From Octopus vulgaris (lineage: Eukaryota), in NCBI GenBank assembly GCA_951406725.2, contig OX597821.1, forward strand, positions 32,302,001 to 32,366,000: a DNA stretch of 64,000 nucleotides, written 5' to 3'. Numbering within the stretch: the stretch's first letter is position 1; each line of letters opens with the position of its first letter. Shown in pieces: positions 40,525-54,398 of the stretch. The notes under the pieces are model-generated. The model saw only the letters and a list, made by a program, of their open reading frames with translations. It was not told the DNA's origin and ran no database searches. Made by a program: the position numbers and the translations under genes.

Positions 40525-40849
40525 AGTGAGGGCGCGTGGCTTAGTGGTTAGGGCATTCGGCTCATGATCGTAAGGTTGTGAGTTCGATTCCCGGCGACGC
40601 GTTGTGTCCTTGAGCAAAACACTTTATTTCACGTTGCTCCAGTCCACTCAGCTGGCAAAAATGAGTTGTACTTGTATTTCAAAGGGTCAGCCTTGTCACT
40701 CTCTGTGTCACGCTGATTATCCCCGAGAACTACGTTAAGGGTACACGTGTCTGTGGAATGCTCAGCCATTTGCACGTTAATTTCACGAGCAAGCTGTTCC
40801 GTTGATCGTATCAGCTGGGACCCTCGTCGTCGTAACCGGCGGAGTCTTT
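40525..40849 (+). mobile_element. SINE family C (Nin/Deu-like central domain), full length with 13-bp TSD
   Basis: tggcttagtgg A-box, gagttcgattcc B-box, gtgtccttgagcaa..ctccagtccactcagctg domain; TSD TAATATTATGACA at 40512-40524 and 40850-40862. Confidence 0.93.
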
Positions 40850-41159
40850 TAATATTATGACATTTTTTCGTGTCTATATGAATAACGATTTCGTGTTTTC
40901 CACCGTTCTTACGATAAATATCTAGTATGATATTTTGTTTTGATTTCTTTTATCCCTGTTATGTTAAATTAATGTATGTGTTATTTCATTTTTACTACTT
41001 TATTTGTTTACTTTCGGTTTTACCATAATTAATCGTCTGTTGCAGCTTTTACTGCGTGCCCCTTCAACAATCTTATGACTCTGGTGAAATTAATTTAACA
41101 GGTTCATATCCTTATACCGTCTTTTTTTTATGACTGCATTTATGCCGAATGCATAGATT

Positions 41160-41575
41160 TCTCTTACAGTTTTGAACGGCAGTTTTAACATAATTTCTAG
41201 GTAACTAAAAAATGTTAAACTTCGTATACTGGTAGAATGTGTTTATAAAACATCTTTTTTCTCTTGGCTTTATTGAGAAAATTCTATAGTTTGTAAGATA
41301 TTTGTTGTTTTTTTCTTCAATTTCTGCAATTTCAACCAATCAATTACGTCTATTGAGGTAAAAAAACATTCTGTGCCGTATGAATATGTCCCTCGTTTAA
41401 GAAACAGATTGGGTTTATTTACATTTGTGAAGAAAAAAAGATACCCTTCCCCCACCCCTAACCCTAACCCTAAAACAGATTGAAATGCAATATATCGACA
41501 CTAGGGTCATACTTATGGGTGACAATTTCATATGACACCGCTAGAAAAAAACTGCCGTTCAAACCGAAAAGATCC
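41160..41575 (-). mobile_element. Second copy of the TTAGGG-bearing MITE
   Basis: Reverse complement of 29080-29506; one TIR intact (..AAAAGATCC), the other eroded. Confidence 0.9.
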
Positions 41576-43129
41576 CATATGACTAATTTTAACAACAGAC
41601 CTGCACAACATGCAATCCCAAATTATGAAGAGCAAGTCTCATCTGAGTAGATCTGACCTCAAATTTGTTCAGGCGTAAGTGGAGTCTATAAATCGTTGAA
41701 CGTTTTTTCTTTTTCTTTTTCTTTTTCTTTTTGTTTCTACCTTGCTTGCTTTCCTCCACTTTCACCTTTCTCAGTATGCTGAATTGTTTCAGTGATAGTT
41801 ATTAGGTTTTTGTCTCCCTATGTAACTTCATGTGCAAACCAGTTCCATTTAATGCAATATGTTGATGTACTTTTTCTTACTTTTTTTTTTATTTTAGATT
41901 TCCTTTTCCTACTCAAATTTTATGTTGTAGCAATTTGTAGCAGAACCTCTTATATTTCCCAAGCGGTCTTACCCAGCTAGCTTTTTGTGCTACGTAATTT
42001 ATATTCGTCTTTCTGCAGAGTTAAGAATATCTGAACTTGTTTTGTTTCCTTTTAGATCTTTTATTTGTTGCCTTCTTTCATTGTTGAATGATCTCTTAAC
42101 AATAATGTAAGCAGAGGCAATAACCACTTTAGTTAAAGATTGACGAAAGCAAACAATGAAATTAGTTATGGAATATTATTACTATTCTTTATTATTTTTA
42201 CAATGACACTTTGATTACTTCGGTTACTAAAGAATGTGATATCAGTAAAGAACAAGGGAATTGCTTCATATTGTGATATTGTTATGAAGGAAATTAAGGA
42301 ACAGGGCGCCAAAATGTCCCTTAAATTGAGATGTTAAAGTATATTACCACAGCAAAACCAATAAAGCTGTTTTCCCCAATAGAGTATTTCGAGTGTATTT
42401 TGTTTAGTTCATATGTAGAATTTTTTTTATATATATTAACAATGAATAAAGATTTAAATAGGGAGGTTCTAATACATAAAGTATGTCATTTTTATTTCTT
42501 GTATTTAGATAATGCGATTTAAAATATATTTCAAATATATGGCCGGAAAATATGATTTCTAACGAATGCTGATATATGCTCACGTATATCGCATATATCT
42601 AAATAAAAACATAGTGTATGGACTGAAATATTAAAATTGTATCCAACTGATGGATTATGAGATGATAACGAAAACTTCATGTCGTATTTTGATGGAGGCC
42701 ATAAGTACCAAAATGCATAGAAATTTTGAAATATGATTGAAAAAAATAATCTTTATCTCCTGGCCTGGATTATTTCGGTTGATTACAAAACAATTTACTT
42801 CTGCTTCAGATTCTTTCAATTCTTGTTGATTAAAACTCGGTTTCCATCTTCAACAGCTTGTCACTCTTCTTTCTATTTTTCTTTCGCTATAGTAGTTTAT
42901 TCCATAAAAGTACTTATCTTTTCCACAAAGATTAATATTGTGGTTATGCAGGCTATTTTCATCTTTTTAAGGTCTGTCATTTTCTGTTCTTGTGAAATGA
43001 AAACTTTCATACTGTAATGGACGTCGTTTTGTCGAATTATTAGTATATTAGTATATGGTATGCAAGAACATATCGTACACCACTACTTGAATGTGTGACA
43101 TAAATGTAGCATAACTTTTAATTTTTATT

Positions 43130-43300
43130 CGCCGTCTTTCAATTCCAATCTTTACATTCTGAGTTCAAATACCACCGAGATCGATTTCGCCTTTTATGCT
43201 TTGGGGTCGACAAAATAAGTACCAATTGAGTATTGTGGTCGATGTAATTGACTTACCACTACCCACCAAATTACTGGTCTTGTGCCAAAATTTGAAACAA
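43130..43300 (+). mobile_element. SINE family B-related fragment
   Basis: ttctgagttcaaat..gggtcgacaaaataagtacc..gtcgatgtaattgact. Confidence 0.75.
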
Positions 43301-44034
43301 ATATTTTACTTTATAGAATCACTTTATATGAAAGACATTTTCATCTCTCTCAGAGAAAGGTGCTTAGATTTTTTAGGTCAGAAAAAGTATTGATAAAATA
43401 TATTAATTTAATATATTCTTCCATTGAATATGTTTTCAATTGCTAGTAAACCTTCTAAAATATAGAATAGTACTTTTCATTTTGAATAGTATTTGTCAAA
43501 TCCAATATCCCTCGAAATGGGAAATTCTATCTATATTTACTGTTTTAATAGACAACGACAGGCCATCAAAACCTTCACTGTGAAATCCAGTTGTAACGCT
43601 GTTTCGAGCATAAACGTGTGTGCATGTGTGTGTGGTTGTATGTGCGTATATTGGTGTGCGTGTGCACCAAAGATTACTTATTGAAAGCTTCGTAACAATT
43701 TCGCTTTTCTAAGCCTTAAGATTGAAAGTGTATGAAACGATTACTAATATTATTTGAAATTCTATTTATAGTCTTATGATATTTAAATAATGTAACAACA
43801 AAGTTTGATGCACCAGAATATAACTCTTAGATTTGTATTTTATCATAAATTGAGTATACACACAGATGCAAACATATAAATATATGTGTATTTGCACATA
43901 TCTGCATACATATACAGATATTTATACATACATACATACATATATATGTATTTATACATACATACATACACATATAATGTATTTATACATACATGCATGC
44001 ATATGTATTTATACACACACACACACGCATACAT

Positions 44035-44242
<208 letters not shown>

Positions 44243-44491
44243 TGTAGTGCGTTATTAAATAATATATTAAATATATATTCATTTCTTTAATGCCCACAAG
44301 GGGCTAAACATAGAGGGGACAAACAAGGACAGATAAAGGGATTAAGTCGGGACTCAGCACTTTCGGTTGAAGTTACAGATTTATTTAATAACGCACTGCT
44401 TCAGCACCACGCCACTTATAATTTCGTAGGTTTTTTCTACGAGCCTTGACAGTTACACACACACACACACACATACACATACATAAATATA

Positions 44492-46625
44492 TAGGTCTGT
44501 GCAAAAGTAGGTATACAGTAAGTACCACATAATGCTATAAAACATTTTTCCCAGTAGAACGCATTTATACTTTATTCACCATAAAAGGATAGTACACAGA
44601 AGGGACACTACAAGACAGACAAAACATGGGGGTCAAAATAACGTATGGATAAGGATAGAGTGAAAATGATAAAAATGAATTGATGGATACGGGGACCCCA
44701 CAAACCAAGAATCATCACTGATCTTTTTTTAGAGTCACTGGTACTTACGTTCTAGTCTCACACATGTAGCAACGTATACACTTTTTAGTCACAAATTAGG
44801 ATAGATGGGTTCTTTGTTTGGAGTAACTGAGTAAGATGCTTATGGTTTCTATGTATACGTTGTGGATACGGGTTTTGGTTGTCTTAGGTGGTATTTTTTA
44901 TGGGCACACGGGGCTTACCTTTCACTTTTCGTCTCTCTTTGACCATTGTCCATCTGTCGTCGCTCGCCTCGAACAAGGTTGGTGGTGCCGTTCTTTGGTT
45001 TATCCGCTCCCCTCTGTGACACCTTCGATGTGGGCTTCTTTCTGCTTGTCAGTTTGTGGTGAGTTGCTGGGTTGTTCCATTGTGGCGCTGTCTGACTTCC
45101 TTCTCTCTTCCTTTGGGTTGTCAGTTTGTGGTGGGTTGATGGATTGTTTCGTCGCGGTGCTGTTTTGCTCCTCCCTGCTTTCTTTTGAGTCGATAGACAC
45201 TCGTGGGTTGCAACATGGAGGGAGTGCTTTTGGTTGTAGGACCTGTGGCCCAAAAGTTCTGCTGGTGGCCTAAAGAGTAATGGTTCTATCCTCCACGTTC
45301 AGTAGTACAGCTGCCACCAGCCACATTGCGTTGATCTCTTGTGGGACCTCTCCTATCCTTATTTTCGCTGCTCGCCTTCCGAGGTAAGTCAGCAGTAACA
45401 CAAGATCTGCTGACATTAAGGGAGACGTAGGGTGTTCCTTTGTCTCCTCTTCGGAAGCGAATCTCACCTCGACTGAGCTGAAACGCCCTTCTTCTATTTG
45501 CGTATCTTATGTCGCACCAAATTGGTAGTAGGCACTTTTCGGTGGAATCCTTAGATGCCATCTGTATCCTTTTTGTTACCAGTGACAGCGTTCTGTAGAC
45601 TATTGTTTTACGTTTTGTGTTGTACATCACCTCTTCTGGGGGAGTCAGTTCCACTTTCGCTCCTTCCCTCTGCAATAAGGTTTTATACTTTTCGAGCTTA
45701 CCTGGGCCGACTTGCACTGTTTCGCTAGTGACGCCAGCCACAGACGCGTAGCTCTTTTTTCCATTACCATACTGTGTTTTAATTGCAAGGTCTGTTTTAT
45801 CCTTCGCCGTTATGTTTTTCTCTTCCTTGGTTTGGCAAAATGGGGGGAGGGTGACATTTGTTCGTACAATTCCTCCAAGAAGTAGTATGGAATAACATAT
45901 TGCGAACCATCAACTTCCATGTACTGATGTGTAAAAACATTTTTCCGTAAATGATCAGAATTCGCCCCTAAGTAGCGGGGATTCACAGAAAAACTTGTTA
46001 AAGCAGACAATGTGCCTAAAAGACACAGTAAACAACACAAGTTGTATAGCAGTTCAAAAACACAACGATAATCCCAAATGGGAAAACATACAATTAAACG
46101 TGAGCAGCAGAAAAAAACACGTCGGTTTAGTCTGGTATCGGTTATTCCGAGTGCTGCTGGCAGTGATATGCCTTGTGCGAATGGACTATATGTGGCTTTG
46201 TTTGGGGCAGATAAGTAAGATGTTTGTGTTTTGTGTGTGTGTGTATGGTGTGAATGCGGGTTTTTGCTATCTTTGGCAATGAGTGCAAAAGACTCAGAAA
46301 ACAGCAAAAATTGTACAACAGCTTAAAAGACAGCGGTAATCCCCAAAGGGAAAACCTACAATTAAACGAGAGCAGCAGGAAATCACATCTATTCAGTGAA
46401 GGGCACTGAAAGAGAGTGAATGGTATAGTACTTAATTTATTAAAATTATTAGCATACCAAATTAGTTAGCCTCATTTTTAATATTTTCAGTATCATTAAG
46501 CATAATAATACATTTTTCATAACTATTGTAATAGTTTTATCGTAACTTTTAATCGTTTTGCTAAAAATAAATGAGTAGAGTGTTTTCCTTTTTCATAACT
46601 GCATACCAACTTTTGTACCAACCTA
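44492..46625. mobile_element. Mariner-like MITE (28-bp TIRs, TA TSD) interrupted by a LINE derivative
   Basis: TA|TAGGTCTGTGCAAAAGTAGGTATACAGT vs reverse complement TA|TAGGTTGGTACAAAAGTTGGTATGCAGT (23/28 identical); resembles mariner TIRs. Confidence 0.75.
44571..46417 (-). mobile_element. L1/Tx1-like non-autonomous LINE derivative (5' UTR, broken ORF1, 3' UTR, no ORF2)
   Basis: 5' TCAGT start, duplicated 5' UTR unit (about 46050-46125 and 46320-46390), KKSYASVAG and TYLGRRAAKIRIGEVP ORF1-like segments, AATAAA at 44571-44576. Confidence 0.65.
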
Positions 46626-46639
46626 TATATATATATAAT

Positions 46640-46701
<62 letters not shown>

Positions 46702-46723
46702 CATACATACATACATACATACA

Positions 46724-46759
<36 letters not shown>

Positions 46760-46885
46760 TACATTCTCAGTAAGGGCCTATAAACAGGCCTTCACCAACA
46801 CTAAATATAGTCTGTTGTACTTCTTAGACTGTGCTTCTCCGTTTTGATTTTTTTTTCTAAAAGAGCTATATATATATAGAAACTT

Positions 46886-46927
<42 letters not shown>

Positions 46928-47899
46928 GAACACTTTAACTGTAAAATGTAATTGTCAACAATTGACTTGGTAGTCTTTCATGTTTCAATCCGAACCGATG
47001 ATCTGTATACCTAACCAAAGAGATATGGATGAATATTAATTTACCCTAATCGTGATTAAAATTGAAGTTAATTTCTGCTTTATGACTAGTGTAATTAACC
47101 GAAATTAAAATGTTTTCCTTTGCATAAATACGCATGCATAATTTGCTTAGCGAAGCATGATGCAAATTACAGCGTTAAATATTTTGGCTTCGATTAATTA
47201 ATTCCGCTAATGTTAAAATAAATTATACTTTGAAGTTTGGAGCAATAATCTGGAAATATGGAAGTACACCATAATCCGGATTTCGAAACAGTCAAAAAGT
47301 CTTAGGCTTCTCTGGTTTCAGTTGTGTATGTGTGTAGCTGGCTATTTAGCAGTTTAATTGAGCGGTGAGTATATTAAATGTTGCCCCCCCCCATCCTTTC
47401 GTGACAGCATAATGATTAACTTCTGTAGAAAAATGCTGCTTATCTCTTGAAATTGATGTTCACATCTGTTTCTAAAGTGCCTTTGATGTCTCACTTCCAG
47501 TTTACTAATACGCCTTCGATTAAAGTTTTTATATTTTAGGAAGTTACTTCTCATATTCCATGTGGAAATTTTGTTTTTATTTATTCTATGTTTTCTTCTT
47601 GTTCACACATTTTATTTCTCATATTTCAGTGTTAATTCAGATAATGTTGGCGCCATCGCTTTATACATTTTGTTCTGCACTACATTGTGAAATCACAAAC
47701 ACACTGTTTAGTACTTTGCTGTCATATGTTTCATCTCAAGCATTTCCCGAGACTATTACTATCTTCATGTTTCTGTTTCATGGAAACAAACTATATCATC
47801 GTCGTCGTCATCATCATCATCATTTCATAAAAAATCTCAGCTTATTTTGCTGGTTATAATGGAAAGTATCAGCTGCCCACAGCCAGCAAACTAAGGTGA

Positions 47900-48730
47900 C
47901 ACTTTTTTACTGTTCATGCTTCAAGAATCATGCGGAGAACTCCTGCAGTTCCAAGCAATGATGATTTTTATAGGTCTTCTTTACATTTGTTCCTGTCATT
48001 CTTAGACAGGCTTGTAGCTGGGTACTGTTATTTCCAAGCGTAACAATCACTATTGCTAAGACGTCCTCTATTCAACACATCTGTTTACTTTTCTTCTTGC
48101 TCAATCCTGTTGTCACCATGAAATGGTATGTCAATGAACAGACACTATTTGCTTTTCTGTTGATCACAACAATATCAGGTTTCCGCTGTCTAATCTGGTT
48201 GTCACACTGAAGCATTGCATCCCACAGGATTTTGCAATCCTCACTCTTAATAACTGTTTGCGATTTGATCATACTGTCATTTATCTTTCTAAGCAATAAT
48301 TTCCAAAGCGCTACCAATGGATCGTTCTTGCCACATTTAGTATGCATTCGAGCATTCACTAAAAATGTACCACAGTGTTTACCACCTTGCATCACAGATT
48401 CTGCATTTGTCGCTCTCTATTGTTATACCGTTTCTGCACTTCACATAGTTTGTCCTTATTGCTTGTTCTTGCGCTACGCATATACATTTTTCTGTTTCTA
48501 TCTTTAAGTCACTCCTTAGTATTCGTAGCGACAGGCGTCCTGTATCTGCATTTGCCCCCGTATCTCTTGCAAACTGACGGTACACTTTTTCCCTTCCCAT
48601 GTCATTTCTGCTTTTTATGTTGTTTTTCTCCTTAAAATTTCTCTTAACACAAAGTTTAATAGTTTCCCGAAATTTTTTACATATTACCCTAACCTTTTTC
48701 CTCTGATTCAATGCAGTCTTTAGAATGTTA
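47900..48730 (-). mobile_element. R4/Dong-type LINE 3' fragment
   Basis: DLKIETE..AQEQAIRTNY, KCRICD, KILWDAMLQCD..RKPDIVVI. Confidence 0.9.
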
Positions 48731-48857
48731 CCATCATCATCACGATTATTAAGGGTGTGAGTTGCCAGAGTTGTAAGACTGTCGAGCGAAATACCTTGGG
48801 CCATTTATTCCGGCTCTGATTTCAGAGTTCGAATTTAAGTTTAAACATCCATAATAA

Positions 48858-49090
48858 TTGGTATATTTCGGTCATATTATGCGGAGAAAATCCCTGGAGA
48901 AGGACATCATGCTCGGAATGGTCAGTGGCAAGAGAGGAAGAGGCCGACCAAGAACCCGCTGGCTTGACAACATCAAGGGTGATACCGGAATGGACATAGC
49001 CAATCTGAAAGACGCGGCCCGGGATAGAACTGACTGGAGGACACTGATCCAACGAGTAACCGAGAGTCGACTTCGACTGAGCGGATAGAT
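48858..49090 (+). mobile_element. RTE/BovB-like LINE, short 5'-truncated copy with an uninterrupted frame
   Basis: YFGHIMRRKSLEKDIMLGMVSGKRGRGRPRTRWLDNIK..AARDRTDWR..VTESRLRLSG*. Confidence 0.93.
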
Positions 49091-49282
49091 CAATAATTTC
49101 ACGTCTAAACACCTGTTGCTAAACAGTAGGTAGGAACATACCCTAAAATATCCGCACCTTTACAGAAAGTAATTGGAATACTTACATTGATTCCCTACCT
49201 CAAAATGTCATGGTAAACGTCAGTGTAATATCGAATTTGCGAATATCAAGTAATAATCAGCATTCTGCATACGTAAACTTAC

Positions 49283-49321
49283 CTATTGGAAATTTTTTGC
49301 AACATATATAGAACGCTAAAC
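49283..49321 (-). CDS. Candidate 39-nt symmetric cassette exon (xLAFYICCKKFPI)
   Basis: tttaaatgcag|G...TAG|gtaagt; open in phase 1-1, matching the flanking candidate exons. Confidence 0.3.
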
Positions 49322-50160
49322 CTGCATTTAAATTTTTAAAAAAAACATGGTTTATACAATGAAAGTTTCAAATTGGCCTCACAACTAAGTTCTACATATC
49401 TCGTGTATTTAATTTTATCTGAATTAAGGACCAGTAATTGTACGCAATATCTGAAATTCAGTAATACCTTATCTACCTAATGCTGTTTTTTAAGGTATAC
49501 CTTAACCTGATTAAAGGTATAGCGTTCTCAACTCGAAATTCAAATCCAGGGCTAGAATAGGGTCAGGTGCATAGTGGTTTTTATAGCTGTATCAGATTTC
49601 CAAATTCTTCAGATCACATCCTACAGCCGCCTACCAAATGTGATGCAAGCAAAAGTTACACACATGTAGTTCATTTCAAACCACGTCATTGGATGGAAAT
49701 TGAATAAAGTTGTACAGATTAATAACCAGTCGAAAGTAACGGTATGCAAATACAATTGGGAGATATCTATGCCGCATAAATAAAAGCAGATATACTAATT
49801 CCGTATTCATAGTAATTTTTCTGAATATACACACGGTAAAATCCAATGAAGTGAACCCAGATTTAACATATCGGATGAAATACATTGGGATAGCTCACCT
49901 CTAAGTACTCCTTACAACTCAATGTAGTTAACCATAACCTGGATTAATTACTGAATGCTCTTACGGCTCCTGTCTGGTATCTGTCTCAATAATTTATCTC
50001 TTTATATTCTCTCCCTCTGTCTCTTTCGCTCTGTATCTCTCTCTCTTTTTCTACATATATATATATATATGTGTGCGTTTGTGGAGTGAGAGAGAAAGAG
50101 ATAGCGAAATAGACATATAGACAGATGTACATATATGACACACACACAGATGCATATATA

Positions 50161-50232
<72 letters not shown>

Positions 50233-50276
50233 AATATATATTTATATATTTGTATATATATATATATATACATATA

Positions 50277-50342
<66 letters not shown>

Positions 50343-50765
50343 CATATATATACTAATAGGGGATTATCGATCCGGACAAAGTATTTCTGAAGTTTTCTGG
50401 TAATATGAATACGCCGAGCTTCCAGAGGGTTTTCTGATTGGTATTGCACTCCAAGTAATCCTAACGCAAGATCCGACGTTGAAGTCCATCACCAGTCAAT
50501 TTACCCAATTAATATGGTATGTTTCCATCGAGTAATATAAAACACAAGTCCTTATATATCCGTTCGTTTGTGCTTCGTAGACTCACAGTTCTTTCTTATA
50601 TGAATTTTAGCTGCGTTTATAGTTCTGTTTACGCAATCGGTTTAGTGATGGACGGAAAAAAAACGAACGGCCTAACAAATACTATCATCTTCAGAGTCCT
50701 TACAACATATATATATATATATATATATGTGTGTGTAAGTAGGTATGTATGAATAATATATATAT

Positions 50766-51045
<280 letters not shown>

Positions 51046-51603
51046 ATGTAGAGAGAGAGAGAGGGGGAGATTCATGAAACATCATAAGTAGAAATGTTAT
51101 TTTAAGTCTCTGAAACTTAGATACACATAAAATCTTCTCGTTATATAGATAATTTCAAAAATATATTCGCAATAACAGTATTTAAAAGAGATGATGTGGA
51201 TGATGACGACGGCGGTGATGATCATGATGACAAGGATACAACAGCAACAACAACATTAGCAAGAAGAAAAAAGAGGAGGAGTGAGAGGAGAAGGAGGATG
51301 ATAACAACAGTAACAACAACGGTAACATGTAGCAAATGCAACTTTTAAAGAAAAACATCTCTTGCCAATAAAACCATTATCTTTCGTCCAGACATTTTAT
51401 TTTTTAACATATAAATGAAACAAAACTTCAAGAGGGTACAGTTAAAACAACACCACAAATGAAAGAATGAGTAATATCTCTATATTTTTTTCATCGTGAA
51501 ATGTAATGCAAAGGAGAGAAATAAATGAAAACAATACAAAAAACATAAAATATTACAATACTTCAATATACTTTGAAAACGAAGATATTGTCTAGTATGT
51601 GTT

Positions 51604-51618
51604 AATAATAACAACAGC

Positions 51619-51651
<33 letters not shown>

Positions 51652-51728
51652 AATGATAATGATAATAATAATAATAGTAATAATAATAATGATTCTACTA
51701 CTATTACTACTACTACTACTACTACTAC

Positions 51729-51772
<44 letters not shown>

Positions 51773-51777
51773 TTAAT

Positions 51778-51849
<72 letters not shown>

Positions 51850-51860
51850 AATAAATAAAT
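51604..51860. repeat. (AAC)n-(AAT)n-(TAC)n-(AAT)n compound repeat
   Basis: Directly visible. Confidence 0.96.
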
Positions 51861-52858
51861 ACATAAATGAAAATAATAATAATGAAGTGATGGTGATGGG
51901 AAAGAGAAGGAGGATAAAAAGAAAAAGAAACAAAATGAGGGAATAAGGAAAACGAGGAAGAAAACGAGCTGTAATAAAGTAGAGGAAACCTAGTTATAGA
52001 AAACACACTGTTAATTCTTCTTTTATGGTAATTCTCTCGACAGGACATGTCTTGCTTTCTGATAAATGTAAGTGTTTGTGAAATATCTAATTCTGGAACA
52101 TACATTAATTACGACGACAACCAGAGGTGGTTTTTGTCATTTACATTACACAGAAACATTTCATAGACAACGGGCTTTTGAATTGGCTTGAAACCATGCA
52201 TAATTTGAATGAACAGGACGTAAATGAGAAACGTTTGTAGCTTTTTATGAGCGTCTGCTTGTATGTATTACAATGAATTGTTTTATTACTTGCTGCAAAC
52301 CAGTCGGCAAATGTCGGAGAAAATTGAAGATTTGTGAGTATACGTTTCTAAAAATACCTATTTATCTTTCTATTTTGAAACTGGTAACTTAAGCTGTAGT
52401 ATAGTTAACACAACAGCAAGAAAAAAATGACATTTTTACCGCCGCAACAACACCAACCACCAACGCTACAATCACCCTATCCACATCATCAGTAAGAACA
52501 AAAAGAACAATTGCCTTGACAACGAAGATGACAATATGAAGTTGTAAAGGCCGCGAAAGCAAAGATGTATATCCGTTTTCTAGTTTGATATGCTGATGTC
52601 GAAGTGTATAAAAGTGTTAATTAAATTAACAGCTGTGATTAATGCTATGACTTTATATGAAAGGATGCTGCATTCTTCAAAGAGCAACATTTTAGAAATA
52701 AGTGTACTATACTCTCGACTTTTGTTCCTTAAAAACCGAGTTCATTGGAGTTGACATAGTTTGCTTGCTCATAAATTGCAGCAAGAAAATATGACCCTTC
52801 ACATGAAATGAAGAACAGATATATCGATAAGGAGTTAAGAAGCACACTGGATACTTAC

Positions 52859-52929
52859 GTGGATTTTCGAATTCAGCACCACTGCTCGGTAACATGTGCA
52901 AGTGAAAGTCTTCTAACGTATCGTCTGTC
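52859..52929 (-). CDS. Candidate 71-nt coding exon: xTDDTLEDFHLHMLPSSGAEFENP
   Basis: attgtttttctag|G ... CAC|gtaagtat; only one frame open (phase 2 in, phase 1 out); unique sequence. Confidence 0.6.
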
Positions 52930-53391
52930 CTAGAAAAACAATATACGTAATACTAAGTATTAGGGAAATGAGTAAAAGCAACTAGGATACAATTATTCTT
53001 TAATAAACCAACTCGTCACTCGTTTTAATACTACCGGCTGATGCTTTAGTAAATTTAGCGTATATATGTCACATTTTACCTCGGATGTAGTGAAACTGTC
53101 TGTAATAGCTAGCGTGTCGTGTTTTCTTCTGGCCGTCCAATCCATTGGTCAAAGAAAGTATTCTTTATTTCTTGTGTCTGTAAACATTATACTGCACTGA
53201 AAATTATTCACGTAGGGTCGACTTATTACCAAAGCGAAATATAAAACTATCTGCCTTACAGCTGACTCTTTATAAGCTTAATTTTGACTATACATAATTT
53301 TGATTGTCATTGAAAGATGCTATTAAGCCAAAAATTTTCATCGCACAAACCCTTATAAATACAGACAGACAGAGAAACGTATATGCATATA

Positions 53392-53776
53392 TCTCTCTCT
53401 ATATAAACGGCAGTTTGTCTGTGCGTGTTTCTGTGTGTCTGTTTGCTTGTACCCTCACCCTGACCACGGCTTTCAACCGATTCTGATGAAACTTGACACA
53501 CACATAGCCCAATGTCATAATTCAAAACTAACGCAGCAAAAATTTTGAAAAGTTCCCCCAGTTCTGAAAAAAATCGATAAATTCGACATTGGGTCGAGAA
53601 TCAGAAACACGAACCACAAACTGTCTAGGGGACGCAACTCTACCTTTTTTAAATCTCAAAAAAAAAATTTACCATCATTTTTTCCATTTTTTTGCTATTT
53701 TTTGGCTATAACTCTCTAAAAATGCTTTATAGTTATTTCCCTTACAAACCTGAGCAACGCCGGGCGATACTGCTAG
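53392..53776 (+). mobile_element. Non-autonomous canonical Helitron (Lep1-like)
   Basis: A|TC 5' end, GTCT-like stretch, acggct..aaccgatt.tgatgaaa motif, 3' hairpin cctgagcaacgccggg then CTAG|T; no TSD. Confidence 0.9.
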
Positions 53777-53943
53777 TACATACATACAGACAGACATATA
53801 TTCATACATACTTACACATTCATTTTCATATTGTATACATAAATACATTTATATATAGATAAAAATAAAACAGACAGACAGACAGGAAGAAAGAAAGAAA
53901 GATAGACAGATAGATAGATAGATAGATATATAGATATATATAT

Positions 53944-53978
<35 letters not shown>

Positions 53979-54169
53979 TAAATATGCACACAGACACGGA
54001 CTCATATATGTGCGTGCATACATTCATAAGTACGCGCACACATACATACACATATTCATACTATTGACAATTCCACTCGCATCATAACCTGAGATCAAAT
54101 CAAGAGGATTTACTCACACGCGTCTTTGTACATACATATTCTTTTATTATCCCCTAATGTATATATGTC

Positions 54170-54213
<44 letters not shown>

Positions 54214-54237
54214 AACTAAATAAAATAATAAATGCAC

Positions 54238-54398
54238 CCTTTTTCAAGCCTAGCCAGGCTCGTGGGGCCGGTTTCCCAGGTTCTTTGGCGCACGCGTTCC
54301 CCAACGGGACTGAACGCCAGTCCATTCCAGCGTTACTCATTTTTGCCAGCTGAGTGGACAGGAGCAACGGGAAATGAAGTGTTTTGCTGAAGAATACA
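54238..54398 (-). mobile_element. SINE fragment sharing the family C central domain but with a different tail
   Basis: gtccactcagctggcaaaaatgagt shared; tail atggactggcg..gaaaccggcccc..gcctggctaggcttg differs. Confidence 0.8.

Noticed and set aside
50357-50600. Possible GIY-YIG remnant ([12 protein letters not shown])
   Set aside because: Similarity too weak to call.
53483-53490. CTGATGA hammerhead core
   Set aside because: Part of the conserved Helitron motif; no stem or second core.
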